From the NCBI GenBank assembly GCA_001001345.1, contig LCKI01000001.1, positions 66,339-121,408 of the forward strand: DNA of 55,070 nt, in the 5' to 3' direction. Each line of letters begins with the position of its first letter. Positions within the stretch are counted from its first letter, which is position 1. The DNA comes from Parcubacteria group bacterium GW2011_GWC1_45_14. GTDB taxonomy: Bacteria > Patescibacteriota > Minisyncoccia > Moranbacterales > GWC2-37-73. Position numbers and translations under genes: made by a program. Below are positions 9,289 through 18,107 of this stretch, one piece after another. The notes under the pieces were generated by a model. The model was not told where the DNA came from. It did no database searches and was given only the letters and a program-made list of their open reading frames with translations.

Positions 9289-9825
9289 ATGGAAATCGAA
9301 TTAAGAGCGAAAGTCTCAAACCCGCAATTATTGGAAGAAAAATTGAAAGGATTGTCTGGTATTGTTGAGAAAAAAAGTAATGAACGTCAGGTTGATACTT
9401 ACTTGAAACAAGAAAATGACGAAGAAAGGAAAATGATAGTTCGTATTCGTAAGAATTACGAAAAGAATAGTGCTATATTGACTTTCAAGGGTAAGTCTAA
9501 AAATGAACATGATATAGCTTGGCAGGATTACGATACTCCTATTGAGGATCCTGAGAGGTTGGAGAGCGTACTCGTTAACAACGGATATGTGTATGTTTGC
9601 TTGATTGATAAGGTTAGGCAAAGTTTTGGATATGGAGATTTCGAAATCAATATTGATAATATCCGTGATTTAGGATTATTTGTTGAAATTGAAAAACAAG
9701 GCGAGGAGGATAGCGTTGAAGTGGTGAAAAAAGAAATCATAGAATTATTAAGCACTCTTGGTATAAGTGAGTCTGATATTATTACTCAGGGATATGTGCA
9801 ATTGGTTTTGAATAAGGAAAAATAA
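9289..9825 (+). CDS. CYTH-domain protein (class IV adenylate cyclase/triphosphate tunnel family)
   Basis: N-terminal EIELR (ExExK/R), QVDTY, VRIR, LTFKG, IDKVR, GLFVEIE, GY near the C-terminus. Confidence 0.88.
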   Translation: MEIELRAKVSNPQLLEEKLKGLSGIVEKKSNERQVDTYLKQENDEERKMIVRIRKNYEKNSAILTFKGKSKNEHDIAWQDYDTPIEDPERLESVLVNNGYVYVCLIDKVRQSFGYGDFEINIDNIRDLGLFVEIEKQGEEDSVEVVKKEIIELLSTLGISESDIITQGYVQLVLNKEK

Positions 9826-9888
9826 TTTCATCATTAAGGAATTGGAATTTGATTCAAAATTCAAAATTCTAAATTCAAAATTAAATTC
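9824..9888. repeat. Right arm of heptamer-repeat inverted element
   Basis: gattcaaaattcaaaattctaaattcaaaatt, tandem 7-mers. Confidence 0.7.
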
Positions 9889-10344
9889 ATGAAGGTTCAA
9901 GACATCATGACCAAGGATGTGATCACGGTTCCTGTTGACGGGCCGATCGATCTCGTAGCGCGCATTCTTATTGAAAACAGGATCCATGGGATTCCGGTCG
10001 TTGATGACAGCGGGAAGCTCGTTGGTATCGTCACTGAGACGGATTTTTTCACCAAGGATTCCGCGAAGTTTAATCTGCTCTCGTACATCGAATTTATCAG
10101 GAAAAACAAGCCTGCTGGCCAGATGACCAAGGAAGAAAAAGACCACATCATAAGTTTAATCAATTCGACCGTCGCCGACATCATGTCGGACAAATGCGTG
10201 ACAGTGGATCAGGAGGATGAGATTGAGAAACTCTTGGGGGTTTTTCGGGAAACCAGGCTCAGTTCCATTCCGGTAGTGGACGGTGAAGGGGTTTTGAGAG
10301 GAATTATAACCCGTTCGGACGTGATCAAGACGATCCGGATTTAG
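9889..10344 (+). CDS. CBS-domain pair protein
   Basis: VQDIMTKDVITV, GIPVVD..LVGIVTETD, SIPVVD..GIITRSD. Confidence 0.92.
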   Translation: MKVQDIMTKDVITVPVDGPIDLVARILIENRIHGIPVVDDSGKLVGIVTETDFFTKDSAKFNLLSYIEFIRKNKPAGQMTKEEKDHIISLINSTVADIMSDKCVTVDQEDEIEKLLGVFRETRLSSIPVVDGEGVLRGIITRSDVIKTIRI

Positions 10345-10427
10345 GGGTTCATTGGGATTTTTATTTTAATGTTAAAAATTCGATAAATTAACTTTTCTTC
10401 GCATGAAGAAAAGTTACAAAAGAAATG

Positions 10428-10553
10428 CCGCACGTGCTCGCGCTGGCCGGATTCTGGCGCTTAATCGCTAAAATTTACACTCCGCTGCGCTGCGTTTCAA
10501 AATTTCTTCACGCTCACGCGCTTGAATCCGGAAACGCGCTTCGCAATGTGCGG
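10428..10553. other. Long nested inverted repeat (structured element)
   Basis: ccgcacgt/atgtgcgg, gcgc/gcgc, ccggattc/gaatccgg nested stems; GC-rich within an AT-rich spacer. Confidence 0.55.
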
Positions 10554-10675
10554 AGATGGGATACGAAATACAAAAAACGCCACAAGGGTGTTTTTTTGTT
10601 GATTTTAAGTAGGAATTAGTATAATATGCAGATATCCTAATAAGCTAATGAAGCTACAAGCTACAAGCTATTCAT

Positions 10676-11911
10676 ATGAAACAATCCCGACTTACTACCA
10701 AGACTAGGAAAGAGGCGCCGAAGGACGAGGTCAGCCTCAACGCCCAGCTTCTGATGCGCGCAGGATTCGTGGATAAACTCACAGCGGGAGTGTATTCTTT
10801 CTTGCCTTTGGGATTTAGGGTGCTCAAAAAAATCGAAAACATCATCCGCGAAGAGATGGTCGCCGTGGGCGGACAGGAGATTTTGATGCCGACGCTTCAC
10901 CCCAAAGCGAATTGGGAGCAGACCGGAAGATGGGACACTATGGACGACCTCTATAAAGTCGAGGACGCGAGCGGAAGGCAGTTCGGACTTGGGCCGACCC
11001 ATGAGGAAGTCGTGGTTCCCTTGATGCAGAAATTCGCCAACTCATATAAGGATTTCCCTTTCGCGGTTTTCCAGATCCAAAACAAATTTCGTATGGAGCT
11101 TCGTGCCAAATCGGGGCTGATGCGTGGGAGGGAATTTTTTATGAAGGATCTTTATTCTTTCCATTTGGACGAGAAGGACATGGATGAATATTACGAAAAA
11201 GTGAAAGCTGCCTACGTCAGGATTTTCCAACGGGCGGGCATCGGGGAAAAAACCCATCTGACTTTCGCGTCCGGGGGATCCTTTTCAAAATACTCCCATG
11301 AATTCCAGACAGTCAGCGGTGCTGGCGAGGATCTGATTTATATTTGCCAGAAATGTTCGACCGCGATCAACAAGGAAATCAAGGAGGAAACGCCGGTTTG
11401 CCCCGAATGCGGAGGAGCCGATTTTTCCGAGGAGAAAGCGATCGAAACCGGAAACATCTTCAAGCTCAAAACGAAGTTCTCCGCCCCTTTCGGTTTGGAA
11501 ATCTCCGATGAAAAGGGAGAGAAGAAAACTGTCATCATGGGATGCTATGGGATCGGACTTAACCGTATGATGGGAACGGTCGTGGAGCTTTTCTCCGATG
11601 AGAAGGGGATCGTTTGGCCGCAGTCCATCGCTCCTTTCGCCGTCCATTTGATTTCTCTGAATCAGGATGAGGAAGCGCAGAGGATTTATGAACAGCTCCA
11701 AAGAGAAGGGATCGAAGTGCTATTCGACGACCGCGACGCGAGGGCCGGGGAGAAATTCGCCGATTCCGACCTTATCGGAATTCCATGGCGCGTGGTGGTG
11801 AGCGGCAAGACGATTTCCGCCGGCGGAGTGGAAGTGAAAAAGAGAAGCGAGGAAAAAGCGGAAGTGATGAGTGTGGAGGAATTGCTCAGGAAGATGAAAA
11901 TTGGAAAATAG
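10676..11911 (+). CDS. proS: Proline--tRNA ligase (short bacterial type lacking the INS editing domain)
   Basis: LGPTHEE, QIQNKFRME, GLMRGREFFMKDLYSF, MGCYGIG, GEKFADSDLIGIP. Confidence 0.95.
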   Translation: MKQSRLTTKTRKEAPKDEVSLNAQLLMRAGFVDKLTAGVYSFLPLGFRVLKKIENIIREEMVAVGGQEILMPTLHPKANWEQTGRWDTMDDLYKVEDASGRQFGLGPTHEEVVVPLMQKFANSYKDFPFAVFQIQNKFRMELRAKSGLMRGREFFMKDLYSFHLDEKDMDEYYEKVKAAYVRIFQRAGIGEKTHLTFASGGSFSKYSHEFQTVSGAGEDLIYICQKCSTAINKEIKEETPVCPECGGADFSEEKAIETGNIFKLKTKFSAPFGLEISDEKGEKKTVIMGCYGIGLNRMMGTVVELFSDEKGIVWPQSIAPFAVHLISLNQDEEAQRIYEQLQREGIEVLFDDRDARAGEKFADSDLIGIPWRVVVSGKTISAGGVEVKKRSEEKAEVMSVEELLRKMKIGK

Positions 11912-11918
11912 ATAAGTT

Positions 11919-11955
11919 AAAAAACTCTTCGTGGAAAGCGGAGAGTTTTTGTTTT
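11919..11955 (+). terminator. Putative terminator after proS
   Basis: aaaaactct...agagttttt inverted repeat followed by T-rich sequence. Confidence 0.55.
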
Positions 11956-12032
11956 ATGCTATTTCATTTTTGCTTGGAATGGGTTATATTGGTTGAAATA
12001 GTTTTAACACGAGTAATAAAAATTTCAATATT

Positions 12033-12956
12033 ATGCAAATAACACTTTCACAATATGCAGGGTTCTGTGAGGGGGTCGGAAGGGCGTATGACATGGTCGA
12101 GAAGATCGCCAATGATCCCAAAGTGAAAAGGCCGATTGCGGTGCTGGGTTCCCTGGTGCACAACAACGACGTGGTGAAAAGGATCGAGAAATTGGGAGTG
12201 CTTAAAGTCGAGATAGAAGGAACTTTGGAAGAAACCCTGGATAAGGTCAAGGGGAAGGTGAAAACCTTGGTGATCACGGCGCACGGTATGGGACCGAGGA
12301 TTTATGATTTGGCCAGGGAAAAAGGATTTGATTTGGTGGACACGACCTGTCCGCGGGTTCTCAAGGTGCAAAGATTGGCCAAACTTTTTTTCGACAAGAT
12401 GAGCCAGATCGTGATCATTGGGGAAAAGGACCATAAGGAAGTGAAAGGAATCAACGAGTGGGCCCAGCGAAAAGCGATTTTTGTGGAAAACGAACAGGAG
12501 CTCAATGATATAAAATTGGATGCGAAAAAGAATATAGTGGTGCTTTCGCAAACGACGCAGGACCAGGAATTCGTGGAGCACGCTTCCAATGTCATCAAGG
12601 AGAAATATCCGAAGGTGGAAGTTTTCGATTCCATTTGCCTCACGACCCATCATCGCCAGACGGAGGTCAAGCAGTTGGCCAGGGAAAACGACGTCATGGT
12701 CGTGATCGGAGCCCCTGAAAGCGCCAATTCCAACCGTCTCCATGAGATTTCCGAAAGGGTGAATGGAAAAACCCATTTCATCGAAAGGGCGGACCAGCTT
12801 GAAAAAAAATGGTTTTCATCCTGCCGAAAAGTCGGGATAAGCGCCGGCGCCTCCACCCCTTCTTGGGTTATTGATGAGGTTGTCGCAGAAATAAAAGGTT
12901 TTGGAGAGGAGTTAAATGTTCTGCATACTTCTTCTGGATGCGAATCCTCTTTGTAA
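12033..12956 (+). CDS. ispH: 4-hydroxy-3-methylbut-2-enyl diphosphate reductase
   Basis: AGFCEGV, LVHN, TAHG, DTTCPRV, HKEV, SQTT, ICLTT, SANS, SAGASTP. Confidence 0.93.
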   Translation: MQITLSQYAGFCEGVGRAYDMVEKIANDPKVKRPIAVLGSLVHNNDVVKRIEKLGVLKVEIEGTLEETLDKVKGKVKTLVITAHGMGPRIYDLAREKGFDLVDTTCPRVLKVQRLAKLFFDKMSQIVIIGEKDHKEVKGINEWAQRKAIFVENEQELNDIKLDAKKNIVVLSQTTQDQEFVEHASNVIKEKYPKVEVFDSICLTTHHRQTEVKQLARENDVMVVIGAPESANSNRLHEISERVNGKTHFIERADQLEKKWFSSCRKVGISAGASTPSWVIDEVVAEIKGFGEELNVLHTSSGCESSL

Positions 12957-13082
12957 ACAACCAAAAATCAAGATACAAGAAACAAATAAAATACAATAAC
13001 CAAATTTCAATATTCAATCTGTTTGCAATTTCGCAAATTGCGATTTGGGATTTGCTTGGTCATTGTATCTTGGTTATTGTTT
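12955..13082. repeat. Intergenic palindrome of short tandem repeats
   Basis: caagatacaa/ttgtatcttg and aaccaa/ttggtt arms around a gcaatttcgcaaattgc hairpin. Confidence 0.7.
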
Positions 13083-13171
13083 CTCATGGCTGACAAGGGC
13101 AGTCATATTTGCCTTTTTGCCTGTTTTAAAGTATATTTTACCTATAGGTAAAAATAATTTTACGCGTTTTT

Positions 13172-13969
13172 ATGGCGAAGATACTCCTTGTCGAAGACGA
13201 TCCGATGATAGCTGAAATATATCAGAACAAGTTCGGTTCGGTCGGTTTCGAGGTGGTGACCGCAAAAACAGGAAAAGAAGTATTGAAATACGTCAGCCAG
13301 GATAAATTCGACCTGGTTCTTTTGGATATGGTGCTTCCCGAGATGAGCGGAATGGATGTGCTCAAGGAAATCAAGGGAAGCGGAAACTATGACAAGAGCG
13401 TGAAAATAATCATATTCAGCAATTTAAGTGAGCTGGAGACGCAACAGGAAGCTTTGAAAAACGGAGCGGACGGATTCATTAGTAAAAACCAATATAGTCC
13501 TTCGGAGTTGGTGGGGGAGATCCAAAGGCTGCTGAATCAATTCGCGGAGCAGGAGAAAAACAGAAATAGGCAAGAGGGGAATTTGGGTGACAATGATAAA
13601 AAAGGAAAAATCTTGCTAATAGAGGATGAGGAGATATTCCTGGAAATGTTTGGGAAGAAGCTGGAGGATGACGGATACGAGGTGACGAGAGCGAATAATG
13701 GCGCTTGGGGAGCGAAGGAAGCGCTGGAAGGGGATTATGACGTTATCATCACGGATCTGATTATGCCGGCGATGAGCGGAGAGGAAATAATCGCCAAATT
13801 GAAATCCGATGAAAAAACCAAGAATATTCCTATCATCGCAATCTCAGCATCGGTGACGGACGAGAAGGAAACGGAAATCAGGAATATGGGCGTGGAAGAA
13901 TTTTTCTCCAAGACGCGCATTGTCCCGAGCGACCTTTCCAGGAGGGTCGGGGAGCTTTTGAAGAAGTAA
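13172..13969 (+). CDS. Response regulator with two receiver domains and no output domain
   Basis: ILLVEDD...LLDMVLPEMSG and ILLIEDE...ITDLIMPAMSG. Confidence 0.9.
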   Translation: MAKILLVEDDPMIAEIYQNKFGSVGFEVVTAKTGKEVLKYVSQDKFDLVLLDMVLPEMSGMDVLKEIKGSGNYDKSVKIIIFSNLSELETQQEALKNGADGFISKNQYSPSELVGEIQRLLNQFAEQEKNRNRQEGNLGDNDKKGKILLIEDEEIFLEMFGKKLEDDGYEVTRANNGAWGAKEALEGDYDVIITDLIMPAMSGEEIIAKLKSDEKTKNIPIIAISASVTDEKETEIRNMGVEEFFSKTRIVPSDLSRRVGELLKK

Positions 13970-14023
13970 TTCTAATCTGCGAATAGATTCTAATCAACAA
14001 ATTGCTAATATTTACAAAAAAGT

Positions 14024-15463
14024 ATGAAACGCATTTTTATTGAAGAGACGGTCAAGTATGTGGGGGAAGTCGTGAAGTTGGCAGGTTGGGTGCACAACCG
14101 CCGAGACCACGGGAAGATCATTTTTATCGATCTTCGCGATAAGACCGGAATCATCCAGACCGTGGTCATTCCTGACCACGTGGATGTTTATGAAGAAGCC
14201 AAAAAAATCCGCAATGAATTTGTGATCGAAATCGAGGGTCTCGTGAAGGAAAGACCGCAGAGCGCCAGGAACGAGAAATCGGTTACCGGCGGGGTGGAAA
14301 TGGAAATCGAAAAACTCTCCATTCTTAACGAGTGCAAAGCTTTACCTTTTGAGATAAACAAGGACACTAGGGATGTGAGTGAGGAACTGAGGCTCAAACA
14401 CAGATATCTGGATCTTAGAACCGAGAGGATGAAAAACAATGTCTTCCAGCGTGGAAAAATAACCAAGTTTTTCAGGGACCATTTGGAAAAAGAAGGATTT
14501 TTGGAGGTAGAGACTCCGGTGCTTGGAAAGTCCACTGCGGAAGGAGCGCGCGACTATATCGTGCCGTCCAGGATCTACAAAGGAAAATTCTATGCCTTGC
14601 CCCAGTCCCCACAGCAATACAAACAACTTTTGATGACCGCTGGAATAGAAAGATATTTCCAGGTCGCCAAATGTTTCCGCGATGAAGACACCCGAGGGGA
14701 TCGCCAGCCGGAATTTACCCAATTGGACTTGGAAATGAGCTTTGTGGAGCAGGAGGATGTCATGAATACTATCGAAACCATGCTCATCAAGACGGTGACG
14801 GAGCTTTATCCTGAAAAGAAAATCCAGGCTATTCCTTTCCCTCGCATAACGTACAAGGATGCGATGGAAAAATATGGAAGCGACAGGCCGGATAGTAGGA
14901 CCGACAAAAACGATCCGAACCTTCTGGCATTCTGCTGGGTCGTCGATTTCCCGTTTTTTGAAAAAGATGAAAATTCCACGACCGGTTGGACATTCACCCA
15001 TAATCCGTTTTCTTCCCCGAAACCTGAGCATATGCAGATGCTGATGGATAAGAAGGATGTGGCTGAAATTTTGACGACACAATATGACGTCGTGCTTAAC
15101 GGTTACGAGGTTGGAGGTGGAAGCATTCGAAATCACAGACCCGAAGCGCTCAAGAAAGTTTTGGATATCATGGGAATTCCCGAGGAAAGGGTTCAGAGGG
15201 AATATGGCCACATGTTGGAAGCTTTCGAAATGGGAACCCCTCCGCACGGAGGAATAGCTCTTGGATTCGACAGATTAGTCATGCTTCTTCAGAACGAACC
15301 GAACATCCGCGAGGTCATTCCTTTCGCCAAGAATGGTGAAGCTGAGGATATGCTGATGGGCGCGCCGAGTGCGGTTGAGGAAAGACAGCTTTCCGAAGTC
15401 GGGATAAGGGTTCCCAAACTTGCCGTTAAAACTAAAAAGCCAGCCAAGAAAAAAATTATCTAG
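14024..15463 (+). CDS. aspS: Aspartate--tRNA ligase (bacterial type lacking the GAD insertion)
   Basis: RRDHGKIIFIDLRD, EGARDY, LPQSPQQYKQ, CFRDED..DRQPEFTQLD, GTPPHGGIALGFDR. Confidence 0.95.
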   Translation: MKRIFIEETVKYVGEVVKLAGWVHNRRDHGKIIFIDLRDKTGIIQTVVIPDHVDVYEEAKKIRNEFVIEIEGLVKERPQSARNEKSVTGGVEMEIEKLSILNECKALPFEINKDTRDVSEELRLKHRYLDLRTERMKNNVFQRGKITKFFRDHLEKEGFLEVETPVLGKSTAEGARDYIVPSRIYKGKFYALPQSPQQYKQLLMTAGIERYFQVAKCFRDEDTRGDRQPEFTQLDLEMSFVEQEDVMNTIETMLIKTVTELYPEKKIQAIPFPRITYKDAMEKYGSDRPDSRTDKNDPNLLAFCWVVDFPFFEKDENSTTGWTFTHNPFSSPKPEHMQMLMDKKDVAEILTTQYDVVLNGYEVGGGSIRNHRPEALKKVLDIMGIPEERVQREYGHMLEAFEMGTPPHGGIALGFDRLVMLLQNEPNIREVIPFAKNGEAEDMLMGAPSAVEERQLSEVGIRVPKLAVKTKKPAKKKII

Positions 15464-15504
15464 GGTAATGGGGGTTATAAGGGGTAAAACAAAAAGAAAA
15501 CTTC

Positions 15505-16800
15505 ATGCCAATCGAGCAAAAACATCATGAGAGGATAGATAAAAAGAAGATAAAACTCATCACCTTCCTCGCCTTTCTAATGGGGATAGGGGGATCTTCT
15601 TTGTATTACGTGATTTCCAGCTACCTCGAAGAGTCCGTAGGGGAAAACAATGTGGGCTTGGTTTATTCCGTGACCTATCTGGCGCTTTTCTTTTTGCTCC
15701 TCAATTTCCATAAACTGATAAACAAGTTCGGCAAGGCCAGGATATTTTTCGTGTTGCAGTTCGTCAAGATCATAATCCTGACGATGCTGGGACTCCTGCC
15801 GATTTCAAGCCTGGACGCCATCCTTATCGTTGGATATCTTATGCTCTCCTACATTACTTGGGTGGAGATGGATATCATTTTGGAAAGCTTCTCAATGGAC
15901 AAGATATCCGGGCGGATTAGGGGCATCTATCTGGCGGTCCACTCCCTGGGGTATATGGTCGGACCGATCATATCTACCCAGCTTCTGGGGAATTTCGGAT
16001 TCCCGAGCGTTTTCCTTTTCGGCATGCTGCTCAACTCCGTTTTCCTGGTGATGACCCTCTTGCATTTCAGGATGATGAAAACGGAGATGCGCGAAGTCCC
16101 CGGCATTTGGAAGCTCTTGGGAAAAATCATGAGGGACAGGAATATGGCTGGCATTTATCTGGTGTCTTTCGTGCTGGAACTCTTCTATGCCTTCATGGTC
16201 ATTTATATGCCGATATATCTCTTGGGTCTGGGTTTCAGCTGGGCGCAGATAGGTCTTATGCTATCTTTGATACACATCCCGTTCATCGTTTTGCAATATC
16301 CCGCGGGAATGTTGGCGGACAAGAAATTCGGCGAGAAGGAAATGATCATAGGCGCCCTTTTGCTGCTGGGGATCTCCACCTCGCTCATCTATTTTATCCA
16401 AAGCACGGATTTTTTCGTTTGGCTTGCGGTACTTATATTTACTAGGGTAGGAGCTTCCCTGGTCGACATACTCCGGGATTCATATTTTTACAAGAAGGTG
16501 GACGCGGGGGATATAGACCTCATCGATTTTTTCAGGACGGCCAGTCCGGTCGCGTTCATCCTGGGGCCTATGATGGCTTCGCTTCTGCTGCTTTTCTTTC
16601 CGATGAACGTCGTCTTCGTTTTTGTCGGAGTGATAATTCTCTTGGGCGTGCTGCCGGCCATGGGTTTGGCGGACAATCTTTCCGAGGAGGAAATCATGGT
16701 CAAGAACGGGGCGAAGACCGCCGTGAGCCGTTGGAATTTTTGGAAAGCTCTGGAGAGAAGGTTCGTCATCAGCAAGGTAATTAAGACCGGAAGATTTTAG
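15505..16800 (+). CDS. MFS transporter
   Basis: About 12 TM segments, GMLADKKFGEK motif A-like loop. Confidence 0.85.
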   Translation: MPIEQKHHERIDKKKIKLITFLAFLMGIGGSSLYYVISSYLEESVGENNVGLVYSVTYLALFFLLLNFHKLINKFGKARIFFVLQFVKIIILTMLGLLPISSLDAILIVGYLMLSYITWVEMDIILESFSMDKISGRIRGIYLAVHSLGYMVGPIISTQLLGNFGFPSVFLFGMLLNSVFLVMTLLHFRMMKTEMREVPGIWKLLGKIMRDRNMAGIYLVSFVLELFYAFMVIYMPIYLLGLGFSWAQIGLMLSLIHIPFIVLQYPAGMLADKKFGEKEMIIGALLLLGISTSLIYFIQSTDFFVWLAVLIFTRVGASLVDILRDSYFYKKVDAGDIDLIDFFRTASPVAFILGPMMASLLLLFFPMNVVFVFVGVIILLGVLPAMGLADNLSEEEIMVKNGAKTAVSRWNFWKALERRFVISKVIKTGRF

Positions 16801-16810
16801 GAAATCCAAT

Positions 16811-17527
16811 ATGACATACAATATCAGAATAGAACAATTCGAAGGGCCGCTGGATCTTTTGCTCCAGCTGATAGAGCAGGAGAAGCTGGACATTACCAGG
16901 GTCAGTCTTTCTCATGTGGCGGACCAATATTTGGAATATATCGGGAACCGCGAGAATATTTCCCTGGAGAACCTCTCGCAGTTTCTGTCCGTGGCTTCCA
17001 AGTTGATCCTTATCAAGTCCAAAGCGCTTCTGCCGCTTCTTCGTTTTTCCGAGGAGGAAGAGGAGGAAATAAAAGACCTCGAGCACCAGTTAGCTGAATA
17101 TAAGAAATTCAAAGATATCTCCTTGAAAGTGGGGGAATTGGTGGATGCAGGCAGGATTTGTTTTTCCCGGGACAGTTATGTTGGCTTCGAATCGGTTTTT
17201 TGTCCGCCGGAAAATATCGCGGCCGAGGATTTGAAAAAGGCTTTTGAAAAGGTTTTGGGCGGCATCCCTATTTTGGAAAAATTGGAAGAGGATGTCGTGA
17301 AGGAGATCCTGACTTTGGAAGACAAGATACTCCATCTCCAGGCGACATTGAGAAAAAAAGTGGAATCCACCTTTTCTGAAATGGTCGCCAGCTCTAAAGA
17401 CAGGATCGAAGTGGTGGTTTCCTTTCTGGCTTTATTGGAACTGGTCAAACAGAAGGTGATCAATGTGGAGCAGGACGGAATTTTCCAGGAAATAAGGATG
17501 AAGCACGCGAAAGTTGAGCATGAATAA
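16811..17527 (+). CDS. scpA: Segregation and condensation protein A
   Basis: FEGPLDLLLQLI, LILIKSKALLP, VVSFLALLELVK. Confidence 0.95.
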   Translation: MTYNIRIEQFEGPLDLLLQLIEQEKLDITRVSLSHVADQYLEYIGNRENISLENLSQFLSVASKLILIKSKALLPLLRFSEEEEEEIKDLEHQLAEYKKFKDISLKVGELVDAGRICFSRDSYVGFESVFCPPENIAAEDLKKAFEKVLGGIPILEKLEEDVVKEILTLEDKILHLQATLRKKVESTFSEMVASSKDRIEVVVSFLALLELVKQKVINVEQDGIFQEIRMKHAKVEHE

Positions 17528-17550
17528 AAATTTAAATTTTTTTGAAAATT

Positions 17551-18099
17551 ATGGATAAGAACAAACTGAAATCTATCATTGAGAGCCTGCTTTTCGTAAG
17601 CGGTGAGCCTATAAAATTTTCCAAGCTTTCCAAGATCATCGGAGCAGGGGAGGATGATGTGAAGTCGGCAACCGATGAACTTTCCCGTTCCTATTCTGAA
17701 AACGGAGGGGGCTTGATGATCCTTTCCAAGGGCGACGAAGTGCAGATAGTCTCCAATAAAGAGAATATGGAGTTCGTCGAACAGTTGGTGAAAAACGAAT
17801 TGGAGGGTCCTCTTTCGTCAGCTGCGCTGGAAGTCCTTTCCATAATCGCTTATCGCGGACCGATTTCCAAGCCGGAAATCGAAGCGATCAGAGGGATTAA
17901 CTGTTCCTACACCCTTCGCAATCTGACGATCAGGGGGCTTATTGAGCGCGAAAATAACCCAAAGGATTCACGCGGATATGTCTATGTTGTTTCATTCGAT
18001 TTCCTCAAGAAATTGGGGGTCGAGAAGATGGAAAATCTGCCGGAATATGCTACACTGTCTGTAGATGAAAGAATGAATTCGATTGTCGAAAAACAATAA
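17551..18099 (+). CDS. scpB: Segregation and condensation protein B
   Basis: IESLLFVSGEP, LSSAALEVLSIIAYRGP..EIEAIRG; follows scpA. Confidence 0.95.
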   Translation: MDKNKLKSIIESLLFVSGEPIKFSKLSKIIGAGEDDVKSATDELSRSYSENGGGLMILSKGDEVQIVSNKENMEFVEQLVKNELEGPLSSAALEVLSIIAYRGPISKPEIEAIRGINCSYTLRNLTIRGLIERENNPKDSRGYVYVVSFDFLKKLGVEKMENLPEYATLSVDERMNSIVEKQ

Positions 18100-18107
18100 G
18101 ATAAATT

